From the NCBI RefSeq assembly GCF_021028975.2, contig NC_059433.1, positions 50,282,001-50,346,000 of the forward strand: a stretch of DNA of 64,000 nucleotides, written 5' to 3'. Source of the stretch: Sphaerodactylus townsendi. Lineage: Eukaryota. Of this stretch, positions 61,327 to 64,000 are shown one piece after another. The translations under genes and the position numbers were made by a program. The notes beneath the pieces are model-generated. The model ran no database searches. It had not been told where the DNA came from and was given only the letters and a program-made list of their open reading frames with translations. Numbering within the stretch: position 1 is the stretch's first letter; every line of letters begins with the position of its first letter.

Positions 61327-62959
61327 AAGGATAATGACACCACTCCAGGTTTTCCTGTCCCAGGTCTATAAAGCCGCAAGGCCTGGTCTGTGGGTTAAGT
61401 CTTCACCATCCAAAGTGTTCACCTAAGTTCCCCCAGAGTGCTCACCTAAGTTGTACTGTGTACCATTCAAACAACTTGACCTGCACAATTACCCCTATGG
61501 GGGTGGCAGATTGCCACTTGGTCAACCACTATCCCATCAGCCCCCAATAGAAGCTATGCTGCAGATTCCCCTGAAGACATCATTGCCCACATCCATGAAA
61601 GACCCTGCCAGCCCATATCAGGTGGTCATACCAGGCCTCCCAAGTTGGGCAACCCCAGCAGGTACCCCATGCCTCTTCCAGTACCTCTAACAAGCTCCAT
61701 GACAGGACATGCCAGACACTGAATCATTAACTCATTTTTTCTTTAGCTGGGGTTTATGTTCCACTTAAAGGGCTTGCTTAATAACACATCTTAATGCTAA
61801 GTTTCCTGTCTGCTCGCATACCTTTTATTTGTCTTGTCTGGTAGTGATAAGAGAGTTAATGTGGTTAAATTTATTATTTTTTGCTCTTACAATTAGGGAT
61901 TTGTATGTATGATCTAAACCTTGAGCTAGAACATTTTAAAAATGTATGTATTTATTTAAATATTTAATAATTGTGGACTTGTTTTTTTTATTTGCCCAGT
62001 TGCTTTAGCACTAGGTGTTCTATTTTCTTTGTAGTCCCAATCCTACTTAGGCAGGGGTGAAGGAAGCTGCATGGTTTTTCTCTTCAGTTTCTGGCCTTGG
62101 CCATTTTACCTCCTTTCTTGACTTACATTTACGTTCAGTTGTATTAACCGTATTTACGCATTGGAATTAATTGAATTGCTCCTATTAGATGCCCAATTCA
62201 GCTTCAAGTGGTCATTCTCAGCATGATACGTTCGATTTTTCAATACCGTCAGTGCATTATTTAAGAGGCTGGCAAAGGTGCAGAATAAGGAAACAAAAAT
62301 GAACTTCGACTTTGCCAAAAGCATTTTGTAAGTGTGGCTACATTAAAATGTCATAACAAAGCACAGTTTATAAACCAATGTTAGACTGAACTCTGATTTA
62401 TCATTATGTCTGAATGCAGACTGCCCAACATTCTCATATCCCTGGAAAAGGCAAGTGACCTAGGGCCAACTAAATGTGACACCATCCTCATGGCCCATAG
62501 TCATTTTAAATGCTGCAAGGGTCCGGTCCTGATAAAGCACACAGTGTGGTGCTCTTGTATCAGTCTAAATAGATTATACAAAAAGCTACATCCATGCAAA
62601 GCCAAGAAGAAAACAAAATTATTAAAGAAAAAGTGTGTACCAAATTAAGCAAGAATAACTTCTTGCTGCACATTTTTTAGCAAGGGAAAATATGCACAGC
62701 AAGGTATATAATACGCAGTAAGTACACTGACATAAATAACTGGCGTGGGTGAGGCCTGAAGACAGTCATAAAATTTTATAGTTGGAGAGAATTCAAAGAA
62801 TCATGAATATACTTCATTACTGAACTAAAGCAACAGCTACCACAGCTAGTGTACTAATTAAAGTAAATTAACATGGAAGAATACAGGTAAGATATAAACA
62901 GAACTACAGTTTGCCAATACACTATGAGGATTCTATGATAGGTAATGTTCAAGCAAACA

Positions 62960-63276
62960 ACTGGTGTCTGTTTTTTTCACATTTGATGTCTTAATCCCTG
63001 CAGACAAGGTTCATGGTTGTGTGGGTTACTGATTCTCTTACTCCCAATACCTGTGCAGCTTTTCCTTACACACACAATAATCCCATGGATTTGTGAGGGG
63101 CCAACTAATGGAAGAAATGCACAGCTGGACTGCTTACTAAGTAAATAATCAGAATCAGCAGGTTTAGAGTCATATGGGCCAACAATAAGTAGCATGTTTT
63201 GTAGTAGGATAGAGTATAAAATCTCAGGCTGCACCAGCTACTAGTTGCTTACAGAGGTTCTCTGACTGCTTATACA
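62960..63276 (+). promoter_or_regulatory. TTR proximal promoter and 5' UTR
   Basis: HNF4-like CAAGGTTCAT (63005-63014), HNF1-like GGTTACTGATTCTC (63024-63037), FoxA-type ACTAAGTAAATAATCAGAATCAGCAGGTTT (63136-63165), TATAAAA (63215-63221), probable start site ACAGAGGT (~63251). All resemble the mammalian TTR promoter as I recall it. Confidence 0.88.
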
Positions 63277-63345
63277 ATGGCCTCTTCCTCTCTGCTTCTT
63301 ATTTGTTTGGCTGGAGTGGTATATCTTGCAGAATGTGCACCACTG
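63277..63345 (+). CDS. TTR: Transthyretin exon 1 (MASSSLLLICLAGVVYLAECAPL); gene continues beyond the window
   Basis: 69-nt signal-peptide exon resembling sauropsid TTR leaders; donor GTAAGT; TTR-type promoter upstream; synteny with DSG2. Confidence 0.93.
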
Positions 63346-64000
63346 GTAAGTATTGGATTAGTTGTTCAGTGACTAATAAGATTTTTAAAAATACAATCTT
63401 TTCAACTATGTAACATCAAATCCTTACTGTAAACAGCCAGAATCTTTGATGACTATATCATTAAGGTGTCTTAGGTATGCGTTACTTTCATCATTTTGGT
63501 ACAAGCCTGATTTGGAGACTCATTCATGAAATTCTATAAACTGAAGTTCTGATGACTGGTAATTGTAAAAACTCTAGTTTTGCTATGGATAATGACATAT
63601 GTCTGTCATATGTCGTGTGTGTTGTGTTTTTCATTTAAATCAGATTATCGGTAATTAGGGGAAGTTCACACATAAATCTCAAGGCTTTTATTGTATGATA
63701 TGTGACAAATTTTACCATCAGTGAAATCTCCAAGTCCTCAGACATAGCTATTGTGTCTAGTTCATTTTAAAACAGATTCAACGGTATACTCTAAACGTGT
63801 ATGTAGTCCATATGAAATTTGAAAACCTTAAATGGCAACTGCTTTTTCAGTATTTGCATTTTGAGCAAACATCTGGAGTTCAAGATATGAAGGCAGTATC
63901 AGTGGTAAATGAGCCATTAGCACTGGGTTTTCTAATTCTGTAAAGTGGGAATATATTTTACTTCTATCACAGAATAATGAACATTGGTTCTCTGGAATTC

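Noticed and set aside
63346-64000. Search for TTR exon 2 (SKCPLMVKVLDAV)
   Set aside because: Not present; intron 1 runs off the window
1-64000. CRISPR arrays, rRNA genes, bona fide tRNA genes or prokaryotic operons
   Set aside because: None seen; the tRNA-like A/B boxes belong to SINE heads and the DNA is vertebrate

Overview
Vertebrate genomic DNA, almost certainly from a squamate reptile and probably a gecko (it carries Sauria/Squam-type SINEs, CR1, RTE, Penelope and DIRS elements). The window holds one complete protein-coding gene on the + strand, desmoglein-2 (DSG2). I traced 15 coding exons by hand from ATG 10831 to stop 41884. All have GT-AG junctions in consistent phase and give a 3288-nt CDS (1095 aa). 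Near the right end are the promoter and first coding exon of transthyretin (TTR, 63277-63345), matching the conserved DSG2-TTR synteny. The rest is intron and intergenic DNA rich in transposon remnants. The most notable observations are: (1) a TTR proximal promoter in which the mammalian-type HNF4/HNF1 and FoxA modules are split by a ~90-bp insert, with OTX2-type TAATCC sites clustered around the start site; (2) coordinated loss of Ca2+-binding residues at the DSG2 EC4-EC5 linker; (3) minimal hammerhead ribozyme motifs in Penelope-like elements inside DSG2 intron 1. Comparisons with human, mouse and repeat-family sequences are from memory, not database searches. Most ORFs in the supplied track are spurious.
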